Shown here: positions 1 through 9,585 of the stretch, one piece after another | Layout: the number at the start of each line of letters is the position of its first letter | Numbering within the stretch: the first letter of the stretch is position 1 | Assembly (NCBI GenBank): GCA_964016885.1 | Contig: OZ024742.1 | Span: forward strand, 4,588,001-4,652,000 | DNA from: Eledone cirrhosa | Taxonomy: Eukaryota | Direction: 5' to 3' | DNA: 64,000 nt | The notes under the pieces: generated by a model | Seen by the model: only the letters and a program-made list of their open reading frames with translations | Told to the model about the DNA's origin: nothing | Database searches by the model: none | Program-made: the position numbers and the translations under genes

Positions 1-265
1 GTAACTGACTTTTCGGGTGATAAAGATTTTATGATACTTTCTTTCGTGTAAGAAGACCAGAGTAGACAGCAGTAGGTGGGACCAGGCAAAAGTAGAGAAG
101 AGGAAGATTTAGGTGAGGATATCTCTCGACCGAAACTTTCCAAGAATCTTGCGAGACATGTCATCTCTGTTGTTCAAATGAGTATCACAGCTTAGGTTGT
201 TATCAACAATTACTCCCAGGTCTCTGGTGTTGTTGGATGCTACGAGGGTTTCACCTAAGGGAATA
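1..265 (-). mobile_element. Degenerate non-LTR retrotransposon (CR1/L2-like LINE) ORF2 C-terminal fragment
   Basis: Minus-strand translation ...NNTRDLGVIVDNNLSCDTHLN...RKILGKFRSRDILT* resembles the 'KDLGV.vD..Lsf..H' motif downstream of the RT core in CR1/L2/Jockey-group LINEs. It has an in-frame stop, runs off the window start, and is bounded by a (TA)-rich tract at ~268-293. Confidence 0.6.
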
Positions 266-350
266 GAATATATATATAAGTATATAATATATATTTCGTT
301 TCTGAATTTGTTTAGCAAGATTCTTTATCTGAAATCGTGTGTTGAAACCG

Positions 351-606
351 ATATTGTTATACTTTGGGAGGGTCATGTTGCCAATAAGAAACACACGCAC
401 CATTGCTTTCACTTCAATATATTATATATTTATAAATTTATAAATTTACAAACTTATAAATTTCTGGTTGGTTGGTTGGTTCCACAACCAGATAGTTGTT
501 TATATATAGTCATAGTCCTTTCGTCACACACTCTGTGACCTCTTCAGTGACTGGGGATTCCTTTCTTTGTTTCTGTGCCTTTCCTTTCTTCTATCCTACG
601 CCATTT
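351..606 (-). repeat. Inverted copy of the PLE 3' pseudo-LTR
   Basis: Reverse complement of 2713-2977 (atattgttatactttggg... / ...cccaaagtataacaatat) with a few substitutions and an ~9-nt indel. It is fused directly to the truncated RT at ~607. Confidence 0.93.
508..552 (-). ncRNA. Minimal type I hammerhead ribozyme (inverted pLTR copy)
   Basis: Reverse complement reads AGUCA-CUGAAGA-G-GUCACA(gagug)UGUGAC-GAAA-ggac-UA/UGACU, identical to 2767-2811. Confidence 0.8.
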
Positions 607-607
607 A

Positions 608-1618
608 GGCAGTATGGATGTTGTGTCCCTGTATCCATCTATTGACGTGGATTTTGCTGTGGAGAAATGCGTAGAAATGATCAGCGAGAGCAAGGTTGAG
701 TTCCGTGGGATTGATACCAGTGAGCTGGGACTTCTACTTAAGCTTACCCATATTAATAGTTACCTAGACACTTATGACCTTAGCAACCTGTGCCCTACAA
801 GACCAGCAAGAGGCAGACCACCTACCATTACCTCACTGGCCAAGAAAACCCACACAGATAGATGGAACGGGTGGACCAGAGCCATACGGACACCCGAAAA
901 CCACGATGAACTGAAGAAAATGATTGCACATGCGGTAGGGGCCAGCATAAAATTAACCCTTAAGGAACATATGTTCAAATTTAATGGTAAAACATATGCC
1001 CAAGAGGAAGGAGCAGCCATTGGTGTTAGCATTGCAGGCGACATAGCTAACTTATTCATGGTATGGTGGGACAGTAGACTTAAACAAAAACTTAAAGAAC
1101 AATTAGAAGACAGCTTAACCCTGATAATGTACTCCCGCTACGTAAATGATATAAACATCGTAGTTAAGACACCCCCACTAAAGAACAGTCAGGAACTAGA
1201 GAAAAACACAATGGAAAGCATCCAGCAAATAGCAAACTCCATCCACCAGAGCATTAGAGTTACTATAGACTACCCAATTAGACACCCCAACCATCGATTA
1301 CCTGTACTAGACACAGAGCTCTGGTTAGATACCATTAACAACCAAAAACAAATCCTCCATTCCCATTATGCCAAACCCATGACTTCCAAACATCTGATCC
1401 ACCGAAACTCGGCCATTTCGGACCATACCAAAATCAACATACTGATTGCGGATTTGGTACGGGTGATGAGAAATGTGTCCCGCATGTGCAACCCCGAAGA
1501 ACTAGAGAGACACATACAACACTTCATCCACCGTATGCAGTTCTCTGGCTACAATCAGAGAGATAGAATCAGAGTGTATAAAGGAGCCAGAACCAAATGG
1601 GAAAAAATGGTAAATAAT
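608..1618 (+). pseudogene. PLE reverse transcriptase (N-terminally truncated; motif C reads YVND)
   Basis: GSMDVVSLYPSID (motif A), QEEGAAIGVSIAGDIANLFM (B'), YSRYVNDI (C; AAT at 1145-1147 where GAT is expected), LPVLDTELW (E), HYAKPM...S thumb. The ORF-track start (575) lies in the inverted pLTR and the last ~23 aa come from the SINE. Confidence 0.9.
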
Positions 1619-1804
1619 TGTTTCTACTTTTGGCACAAGGCCAGCAATTACCCAGTACATTACTGGTACTTTATTTTATCGACCCCGTAAGGATGAAAGG
1701 CAAAGTTAACTTCGGCGGGATTTGAACACAGACCGTAAAGGGACGTAACTATGCTGGAAAGCATGGCGTCCGACTCTCTACTGATACTGCCAATCCACCG
1801 CCCT
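1619..1804 (-). mobile_element. tRNA-derived SINE (Meta-core/Octopus-type) inserted in the PLE ORF with 16-bp TSD
   Basis: Minus strand: GGCGGTGGATTGGCAG (A-box region)...GTTCAAATCCCGCC (B box)...TTTGCCTTTCATCCTTACGGGGTCGATAAAATAAAGTACCAG (MetaSINE-like core, from recollection). Flanked by the direct repeat AAAAATGGTAAATAAT at 1603-1618 and 1805-1820. Confidence 0.9.
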
Positions 1805-1808
1805 AAAA

Positions 1809-2471
1809 ATGGTAAATAATGACATAAATGGGACCTGCCCCTTGTATAGGAGCAAATTTTGGAATAGAATAGAAAGAACTAGGAACAAGGCCAATAGAAT
1901 AAACTCATGGTATGATAGCAATAAATACCAGAGTGTAATGTTCATCAATACAACCCCTAGAGGCGAACTAACCTACAAATTTAGAAGGGCCCTAAATAAA
2001 CATAATCTCAATATTAAGATAGTAGAAAGACCAGGTACCTCCGTAAAAACACTTATTAGCAAGACATACCCGTTCCAAAGACCCTCATGTATAGATAAGA
2101 AATGTATAACCTGTAAAATAAGCCCCCATATTAACTGTAAAACTAGAAATGTAGTGTATAGCATAAGATGTACTGAAGGACAATGTAGAAACAAAAATAT
2201 AGTGTACATAGGTGAGACAGCTCGTAGTATAGGGGAACGAATAAATGAACACTGGCGAGACCTCCAAGATAATAAAGAATCATCTGTGCTCTACCAACAT
2301 GCTAAGATAGAACACAGGGGTAGATTAGAGAACATAGAAATAAAAATAGAATCCACACACAGAAAAGACGCAATGTTTAGACAAATTACAGAGGCAGTAA
2401 GCATAAAAGAATTAAAACCAAAATTAAATAGAAAATATGAGTGGAACAGCAACATCACAACTTACAATTAA
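1809..2471 (+). CDS. PLE linker + Cys-motif + GIY-YIG endonuclease (C-terminal part of the same polyprotein)
   Basis: CIDKKCITC...C Zn-finger-like motif, then NVVYSIRC...VYIGETARSIGERINEH...LYQH...EH...RQITEAVSI...PKLN. It is in frame with the RT once the SINE and one TSD copy are removed. Confidence 0.9.
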   Translation: MVNNDINGTCPLYRSKFWNRIERTRNKANRINSWYDSNKYQSVMFINTTPRGELTYKFRRALNKHNLNIKIVERPGTSVKTLISKTYPFQRPSCIDKKCITCKISPHINCKTRNVVYSIRCTEGQCRNKNIVYIGETARSIGERINEHWRDLQDNKESSVLYQHAKIEHRGRLENIEIKIESTHRKDAMFRQITEAVSIKELKPKLNRKYEWNSNITTYN

Positions 2472-2594
2472 GGACAAAATGAAAACACACACAGGACAAA
2501 ATGAAAACACACACACACATAGAACAAACAACTTACAATTAAGGACAAAATGAAAACACACACAGGACAAAATGAAAACACACATAGAACAAAC
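2457..2594 (+). repeat. ~71-bp tandem duplication spanning the PLE stop codon/3' UTR
   Basis: acaacttacaattaaggacaaaatgaaaacacacacaggacaaaatgaaaacaca...tagaacaa starts at 2457 and again at 2528. Each unit contains two aggacaaaatgaaaacaca subrepeats. Confidence 0.85.
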
Positions 2595-2766
2595 AACCAA
2601 CCAACAATAAATAAATAAATAAATAAACAAATAGATAAATGAACACAAACACACACAGACACCCGGATGTGGCGCATGCGCAAACTGAGCACACAACACA
2701 CACACAGAAACAAAATGGCGTAGGATAGAAGAAAGGAAAGGCACAGAAACAAAGAAAGGAATCCCC

Positions 2767-2811
2767 AGTCACTGAAGAGGTCACAGAGTGTGTGACGAAA
2801 GGACTATGACT
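2767..2811 (+). ncRNA. Minimal type I hammerhead ribozyme in PLE 3' pLTR
   Basis: Helix I AGTCA(2767-71)/TGACT(2807-11); core CTGAAGA 2772-78; extra G; helix II GTCACA/TGTGAC; GAAA 2797-2800; minimal helix III; predicted cleavage after UA at 2806. Minimal HHRs in pLTRs are an established PLE feature. Confidence 0.82.
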
Positions 2812-3211
2812 ATATATAAACAACTATCTGGTTGTGGAACCAACCAACCAACCAGAAATTTATAAGTTTGTAAATTTGTAAATTTATAAATTTATAAATA
2901 TATAATAAATTGAAGTGAAAGCAACTGGTGCGTGTGTTTCTTATTGGCAACATGACCCTCCCAAAGTATAACAATATATAATATATATATATATAGGTAT
3001 ACACACAAACATATATATGTGTCTGTATGTATATATACACACCATACATGTACAGTATATAGTTTATTATCTATTACCATCATATATTCTGTTCAACTAT
3101 CTGTCAATCTTACATTGTTTAGGGTTACAAAATATATCGATGTGTAATTAAAATCAATAGCTTCGAATGTTTTCGTTCTACCACAAAAATTCAACAATTC
3201 CTATAAAAGTA

Positions 3212-3217
<6 letters not shown>

Positions 3218-3254
<37 letters not shown>

Positions 3255-3268
3255 GTGTGTGTGTGCGC

Positions 3269-3333
<65 letters not shown>

Positions 3334-3346
3334 CTGGGAGCGCGCG
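3218..3346. repeat. Compound microsatellite (TA)n(TG)n ending in a small CG hairpin
   Basis: Direct reading; cgcgcgct-ggg-agcgcgcg at 3328-3346. Confidence 0.95.
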
Positions 3347-3455
3347 TTACCGAGGTAGTGTAAAAACAAAAAACGAAACGGCTATAAAGATTTGAAACGC
3401 CTGTGATTCTTTGTGGCACGCGATTTTGATACAATAGAAAAGATAATATTATATC

Positions 3456-3616
<161 letters not shown>

Positions 3617-3768
3617 CATAACTAGCAACTAGTTATCGCTCTACATGAATACAATAAAGGTAATCTGAGTTTTTGGAATATTAATAATAATATTCGATTC
3701 GTTTGCAATGATGCAAACAGCCTCTTTTATAAGCCATATCAGTAGAATGAGCCCCTCATTATCGCTCT

Positions 3769-3811
3769 TGTGTTGATGAAGGGTAATCACCCAGAAACAT
3801 TAGTGTCTGCA
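3769..3811 (+). ncRNA. Degenerate/variant type I hammerhead ribozyme motif
   Basis: TGTG-TTGATGA-A-GGGT(aatc)ACCC-A-GAAA-CATTAGTG-TC/TGCA. Helix III is near-palindromic. The motif is enclosed by the 10-bp stem ATGCAAACAG(3711-20)/CTGTTTGCAT(3815-24). Confidence 0.5.
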
Positions 3812-4560
3812 GTTCTGTTTGCATGCCAACACAATCCTTATTTTAATTTATAATCCTTTGAAGTTCCGATGAGCCGCTCTGTTTTTAAATATGTTAATAA
3901 TTTTCAACTGAACCAGATCAATAATGATATATAGTCATCTGATCCAGAAATATAATATGGAGTAGCGAAACAATTGTAAACGGACATTATTATTATTAAT
4001 ATTCTTATTATTATTCTCTACATTCTGTGTTGTGTGTGTGTGAGTGTATGGGCGTTGGTTAACCCAATATTTCCAATTTGCATCGTCAAATTGAAATTTG
4101 ACCAATATAGCTTCTGTTGTTTTGTGAACTAACTTTCGGTGAGTGCTGTGTTGGTACATTTTTATATTTATTTATTTGTTTTCTTATATTTGTTTTTTCT
4201 CGGACATCGCTTCGGTGTGTGTGAGAGTGTGTGTACCCACCCACACTAACTCTACAGGTTTAATACTGTGTTGATGTGTGTTTATATATGTATATATTTT
4301 TTCTTTGATCTCGAGCCGATGTATGTGGGTGTGGAGTGTATGTAAACACACTCACATTAACTGTGACTGACTGTATCCCTACAGATTTGATTGATGTCCA
4401 GCGTCTTTTGCAGCGATAGAAATCTGAAAACTTTTATGACCTCAACTGAAGTTAATAGCAGTTCCCGTGTCTATGACTGGTGTGTCTTCATATGGGGGAA
4501 TATATTCTGTGAGAGAACATCGTTATTTTTCTCCCTCATATCAAGAATTTGAAGACAATT

Positions 4561-4645
4561 CATTTTCACCTGATGAGATCAGTGATAATCGATCATGGCT
4601 CACAATCGATCTATCACTTATTGAAACATGTATCGTGATTAAATG
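4561..4645 (+). ncRNA. Type I hammerhead ribozyme motif with extended helix II
   Basis: TCAC-CTGATGA(4570-76)-GATcAGTGATA-ATCGAT(loop)ATCGAT-c-TATCACTtATT-GAAA(4623-26)-CATGTA-TC/GTGA. Helix I TCAC/GTGA is extended by CATTT/AAATG. Confidence 0.68.
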
Positions 4646-4810
4646 ATTGGAATTTTACCTTGCCTTCGGATTTTCATTTTGATACTTATACTCCGTTTTA
4701 CATCATCTAGCTGTTCCCTTGTATGGAATTGGAGATATACAAAAGCGTGGAGAACTTAATATTGCTAACATAAAGTTATTGGACCATTTTACACGACCAA
4801 TAATGCACCT

Positions 4811-4813
<3 letters not shown>

Positions 4814-4886
<73 letters not shown>
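4814..4886. repeat. (TA)n microsatellite
   Basis: Direct reading. Confidence 0.97.
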
Positions 4887-4890
<4 letters not shown>

Positions 4891-5710
4891 TAAAATAACA
4901 GATTTAAGTTTAAGCAAAGAATCGCTGCTTTCACCCTTAACGGGATCTTCTGAAACTAAAAAATCAATCTGTGAAGGCAGAAGTTAAAATTTCAAAAAAT
5001 GTTGCAACCGAAGGAAGACAGGAAGATGTTACTTTGGTTCATGGAGACGTTCCCTGGCAAAGAACGAAAAAAAACGAAGATAATACGTCATTATTTGAGA
5101 ACAATTACACGCAAAGACAAAACCATGTTTATGGTATAACAGAAGTCGTAGACTAAAATTCTATTTAGGAAACTGAATGATTCTCGACTTCAGAATTCAG
5201 AATAATGTAAATAAATTACACAGGTAATTGAAATCAACAAAAATTAAATATATTGATGCAGGCATCCATATACGTACATACACATGCATACGCGAAAACC
5301 CCGGCCATGGGTATTCAAATACAAGCACCTACACAAAAAACACGTACACAAAAAAAAACTCGCACGCACATACAGGACCCACGCAACGCCTGTACCCGCA
5401 CGCATTCGGTTTCCTAAATAGTATTTTAGTCTACGACTTCAGTTATACCATAAACGTGGTTTTGTCTTTGCGTGTAATCGTTTTTGACCGGTCCAAATAA
5501 CAACGTATTATCTTTGTTTTTTTCCGTTGTTTGCCAGGGAACGTTTCTATGAACCAAAGTATCGTCTTCCTGTCTTCCTTCGGTTGCAACGTTTTTCGAA
5601 ATATTTACTTCTGCGTTCACAGATTGATTTTTTTTTGTTTCAGAAGATACTGTTAAGGGTGAAAGCAGCGATTCTGTGCTTAAACTTTGATCTGTTATTT
5701 TAGTAAATAT
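4883..5710. repeat. Long inverted repeat, ~300-bp arms (4883-5179 / 5403-5710) with ~223-bp spacer
   Basis: The arms are reverse complements with scattered mismatches. ORF-track entries 4971(+) and 5620(-) translate to near-identical peptides. Confidence 0.92.
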
Positions 5711-6414
5711 TTGCTCTCTATGTTTCTTATATATTTGATATATATTTATCCTTATCGAGCCCTCTTTGGATTTTAGTCTTCAAATTTATTATTATTACTA
5801 TATATATATATATTTATACATATATATAATGTAGGAAAGAGAAATGATATTCCCTCTCTTTAATACGGAAAGGAAAATATTGTGATATATCTGTCATGGC
5901 GCATCACAAATGAAAAACAAATCCTTCATGTAGAATCACTGTCATGCATAATGTATGTGTGTTTTTGTATGCATGTATGCATATACATATATGTGTGTGT
6001 ATGTATCCATGCCTGTACATATATATATGTTGTGTAAATATATATATATGGGGGTATACTTTATATACTTTCATTGGAATGTGTATAACAGAATGTGGTG
6101 TCCATTAAAATCTCTAGAGTAATGTTTATATATTTCAACGCATTGACATATATCTAAATGTAGAATCTGTAATTCACTCCAAGTTTTCTTTACTAGACCT
6201 CGAGTAGACGCAGCCATGCACGTATATAATCTTTATATATGACATCGTATGTGCTGTCTTACTAATGCTGAAACATTTCAGAACAACCTAATATATAGTG
6301 AGGAATACTTAGAGAGATTCGTTGTGATACAGTGAGTGGCGAATATTCTTGCTTTGTTTCCAATAGCTATGATAGTTGGAGCGAAAGTGATGGATGTTAT
6401 GTGAAAGTGTGTAT

Positions 6415-6621
6415 GGCGGTGAGTTGGCAATGTCGGTAGAGCGTCGGAAAACATGCTTTGGGTATAAAGTTGCGTCCCATTATGTCCGTTCTGAGTTCAA
6501 ATCCCTCCGATGTTAGTTTTGCTTTTCCTCCTTACTTGGTCAACAAAATAAAGTATCAGTAACGACTTTAATCGACTTCTCTCTCCCCTCAAACCTTTTG
6601 CCTTGAGGCTAAATCATTATT
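6415..6621 (+). mobile_element. Diverged tRNA-derived SINE, same family as 1619-1804
   Basis: GGCGGTGAGTTGGCA...GTTCTGAGTTCAAATCCC...TTTGCTTTTCCTCCTTACTTGGTCAACAAAATAAAGTATCAGT aligns by eye to the reverse complement of 1619-1804. Confidence 0.8.
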
Positions 6622-6627
6622 GTATGT

Positions 6628-6690
6628 GAAAGCGCATGGCATAGTGGTTAAAGTGTTTGACTCAATATAAGTCATAAGTTTAATTCCCCA
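6628..6690 (+). mobile_element. SINE tRNA-like head remnant
   Basis: GCGCATGGCATAGTGGTTAAAG (A box) ... AGTTTAATTCCCC (degenerate B box). Confidence 0.5.
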
Positions 6691-6799
6691 TTGAATCTGT
6701 AATTTTGGTATACTGCATCAGTTTTCTTTTGTTGTACCACTTGACTCGATGTTTTCCCGGTCATTGTCATGCAATGTGCATTTGATAAATGTTTATATT

Positions 6800-7030
6800 G
6801 AAATGCCGTGACTTAGTGGTAAGGGTGTTCTGTATATTACCCTATGCTCATGTGTTCGATCCTAGTAGCGCCGTGTCTCCATAACATTTTATTTCAGTTC
6901 ACTCAGCTTGGTTAGATTTTGTCACACGTTGTGCGTCACACTGGATATCTCTGAGCATTCCTTTAAGAGTACACGCATCTGTGGTTTGCTTAGCAGCCAC
7001 TTATAATGTTAATCACTCAATGTGGAAGAG
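6800..7030 (+). mobile_element. Diverged tRNA-derived SINE (second family)
   Basis: GTGACTTAGTGGTAAGGG (A box), GTTCGATCC (B box). The body (gttcactcagct...aagagtacacgcatctgtgg...cagccactt...gttaat) resembles an octopus SINE as I recall it. The 3' boundary is approximate. Confidence 0.6.
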
Positions 7031-7490
7031 ATGGCGGTCCGAAACACACAACAGTTCCTGTTGTTATCCTGTGATTGTCTGCGAGTTGGTTATACTTTTT
7101 TATAAATTATTTTACATTCTTCGAAATAGAAACCATTAGCTAACATAAAAAAAATATGTTTTACATTATATACTAGCACGTTTACATCATATTACTTTTC
7201 ACTAAATACTTGTAATTTTCATGTAATTATATTTTTTCGACACCAAATATTTTATCTTCATCACAATCACTTTCTCGTCTACTTTTGCTCTCAGATGTAT
7301 TCTTTTGTTCATTATTTCCTTTCATACATGTTTTTAATGTCCTTGGTGGGCTTCCTTCTTGTATCTTGTTTCGGCCATTAAACCACCATTAATGGATGAC
7401 TTTACCTCGTTATTTTTTTTAACACATTGAGATGTAAAGGGAGATAATTTTGGATACATACATACATGCATACAAATACACACACGCGCA

Positions 7491-7491
<1 letters not shown>

Positions 7492-7586
<95 letters not shown>

Positions 7587-7655
7587 CAAACACACACACT
7601 AACACACACAGACACAGACACACAGACACAGACACACAGACACACACACATACAG

Positions 7656-7699
<44 letters not shown>

Positions 7700-7721
7700 T
7701 TATATATGTGTGTATATATAT
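7492..7721. repeat. (CA)n / (CAGACA)n / (TA)n compound microsatellite
   Basis: Direct reading. Confidence 0.95.
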
Positions 7722-7980
7722 AACGAGAAAATCTTCTAATAACAATATTTTTGTATCGTTTATGTTCATAGATTTTTATGATTCTTTTAATTTCTCCTTA
7801 TATTTTCGCCATTTTTAAGAGCAGCTTTCTCATTATTTTGTTATTTCTTTTATGGGTGCATTTTTGATATTTTACGCTTTTTCCCTATCAATCTTTGGAG
7901 TTTTACCATTCCCATTATTCTTTGAATATAACTATGACTGATAACGTATATAGTATATTTTGCATTGTGTTCCTGCCTGC

Positions 7981-8004
7981 TATATATATATATATATATA
8001 TGTA

Positions 8005-8100
<96 letters not shown>

Positions 8101-8110
8101 CATATATATA
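7981..8110. repeat. (TA)n(CA)n(TA)n compound microsatellite
   Basis: Direct reading. Confidence 0.95.
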
Positions 8111-8258
8111 ATAAAGGTCGACGGACCCACCATATTTATCAATGCCAGTACCTGTTGTATCTCAACGCACTCACTGGGCAATGTAAGATACATTACCGGA
8201 GTATACACATAGTTATTTGTCACAACACAACACAATTAAAACGGGTGCTTATAAGGTT

Positions 8259-8368
8259 CCTGGACTCGAGTTTCTGGCGCACTAATGCAGCAGTAAGGTG
8301 CACTGCACCATCTGTCTGCATATATTATGCAACAATGCACAATCGGCTTATGCGGCTTCATCAGCGGG
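8259..8368 (-). ncRNA. Hammerhead ribozyme motif with long helix II insert (partly degenerate)
   Basis: Minus strand: CCCG-CUGAUGA-A...(~83 nt; CGCA/UGCG)...A-GAAA-CUCGAG-UC/CAGG. Helix III is palindromic (ACUCGAGU). Helix I has one mismatch. Confidence 0.55.
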
Positions 8369-8606
8369 TATCGCCTTATCAATATCCAAACACCAGCCCA
8401 TGCCGGTCATGACTCTTTGTGACAACCGACACGGTAAAGTGATTAGCAACTGGCAACCGATAGGACTCTATCTCTCAACTAGCCACTGATTTACAAATTT
8501 TACGTGGGGACGGGAAGCTAAAAAGAATCAATCTTTTAGTTCCTGTCAGAAGCACTCAGCCAACGTGTCTCACACACAAATTATCAAGGGGTGAAAAGAA
8601 AGATGG

Positions 8607-8607
<1 letters not shown>

Positions 8608-8671
<64 letters not shown>
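8608..8671. repeat. (TA)n microsatellite
   Basis: Direct reading. Confidence 0.97.
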
Positions 8672-8675
<4 letters not shown>

Positions 8676-8906
8676 GAAACACACAGATACATGCGGACAC
8701 ACACATATATACATGAACGCATCCGCACCCAACTGTGAGTTAAGGGTGCCAACTTCACCGATGTTGCTCAATGAATGACTGGGACAGACCAATTCAGTTT
8801 GAACCAGACTGAACCAGTATCAGAGTTAAAAATACATTATGAAGAGAGAAGAAACATTTAGATATAATTAGTAATAAAATGTATCATACCTAAACTGTTC
8901 CTAAAT

Positions 8907-8994
8907 TCCTCGACTACGTAGTTTCGTGGCATAAACAAAAACAATATATCAAAGATATAGAGTCCTTGCGAGGTCTGCCGACTTATCAAGAGGA
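8907..8994 (-). ncRNA. Type I hammerhead ribozyme, U3-A8 core variant (copy 1)
   Basis: Minus strand: UCCUC-UUGAUAA-GU(c)GGCA...UGCCAC-GAAA-CUACGUAG-UC/GAGGA. Helix I is 5 bp, helix II 6 bp, helix III palindromic (ACUACGUAGU). Confidence 0.78.
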
Positions 8995-9497
8995 TACCTC
9001 ATTTTACTAGTCTCAAGAACGCGTCTACACGACGTGAGAAAGAATCCCAAAAGGCGGAGGGGGAGATAGTCACGCGATATAACGGTCGAGAAACAGAGCT
9101 AAGCCTCTTATAACCACGAAGAAAATACCACGGAGGCGGAGGGGGTATTCATATCGAGGCCGTAGAAGAGGTAGTGAAGAAGGCGGGAAGTATGAGTAAT
9201 GGAAGCTTTCCAGTTGTCCCCACACTTCAAAGATTGCTCGACCAGAGGGAGTTATTAATATATTTAGAAACACACAGATACATGCGGACACACACATATA
9301 TACATGAATGCATCCGCACCCAACTGTGAGTTAAGGTTGCCAACTTCACCGATGTTGCTCAATGAATGACTGGGACAGACCAATTCAGTTTGAACCAGAC
9401 TGAACCAGTATCAGAGTTAAAAATACATTATGAAGAGAGAAGAAACATTTAGATATAATTAGTAATAAAATGTATCATACCTAAACTGTTCCTAAAT

Positions 9498-9585
9498 TCC
9501 TCGACTACGTAGTTTCGTGGCATAAACAAAAACAATATATCAAAGATATAGAGTCCTTGCGAGGTCTGCCGACTTATCAAGAGGA
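9498..9585 (-). ncRNA. Type I hammerhead ribozyme, U3-A8 core variant (copy 2)
   Basis: Identical to 8907-8994, offset 591 bp. Confidence 0.78.

Larger units (their letters stand above)
351..2977 (+). mobile_element. Penelope-like retroelement (PLE), 5'-truncated, with inverted 5' pseudo-LTR and 3' pLTR, interrupted by a SINE
   Basis: RT motifs followed by a GIY-YIG domain. 351-606 is the reverse complement of 2713-2977. Both terminal repeats carry a hammerhead motif. The 3' end abuts (TA)n. Confidence 0.92.

Noticed and set aside
197-607. 113-aa ORF at 197-538 and the 'MPFLSSILRHL' start of the RT ORF
   Set aside because: Both are chance read-through of LINE remnant and inverted pLTR sequence. 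The same peptides appear on the minus strand at 2424-3049.
4971-5620. Pair of similar 61/64-aa ORFs on opposite strands
   Set aside because: This follows from the inverted repeat. The starts are non-ATG and there is no recognisable domain.
5641-5678. CAGAAGA...GAAA as a functional hammerhead in the inverted-repeat arms
   Set aside because: U4 is replaced by A in both arms and no helix I is adjacent. At most it is a relic.
6415-6870. tRNA genes
   Set aside because: Only A/B-box heads of SINEs are present. I could not build a cloverleaf.
7360-7415. Minus-strand CCAUUAA/UUAAUGG-CC-GAAA stem resembling a hammerhead half
   Set aside because: No recognisable CUGANGA core or helix I.
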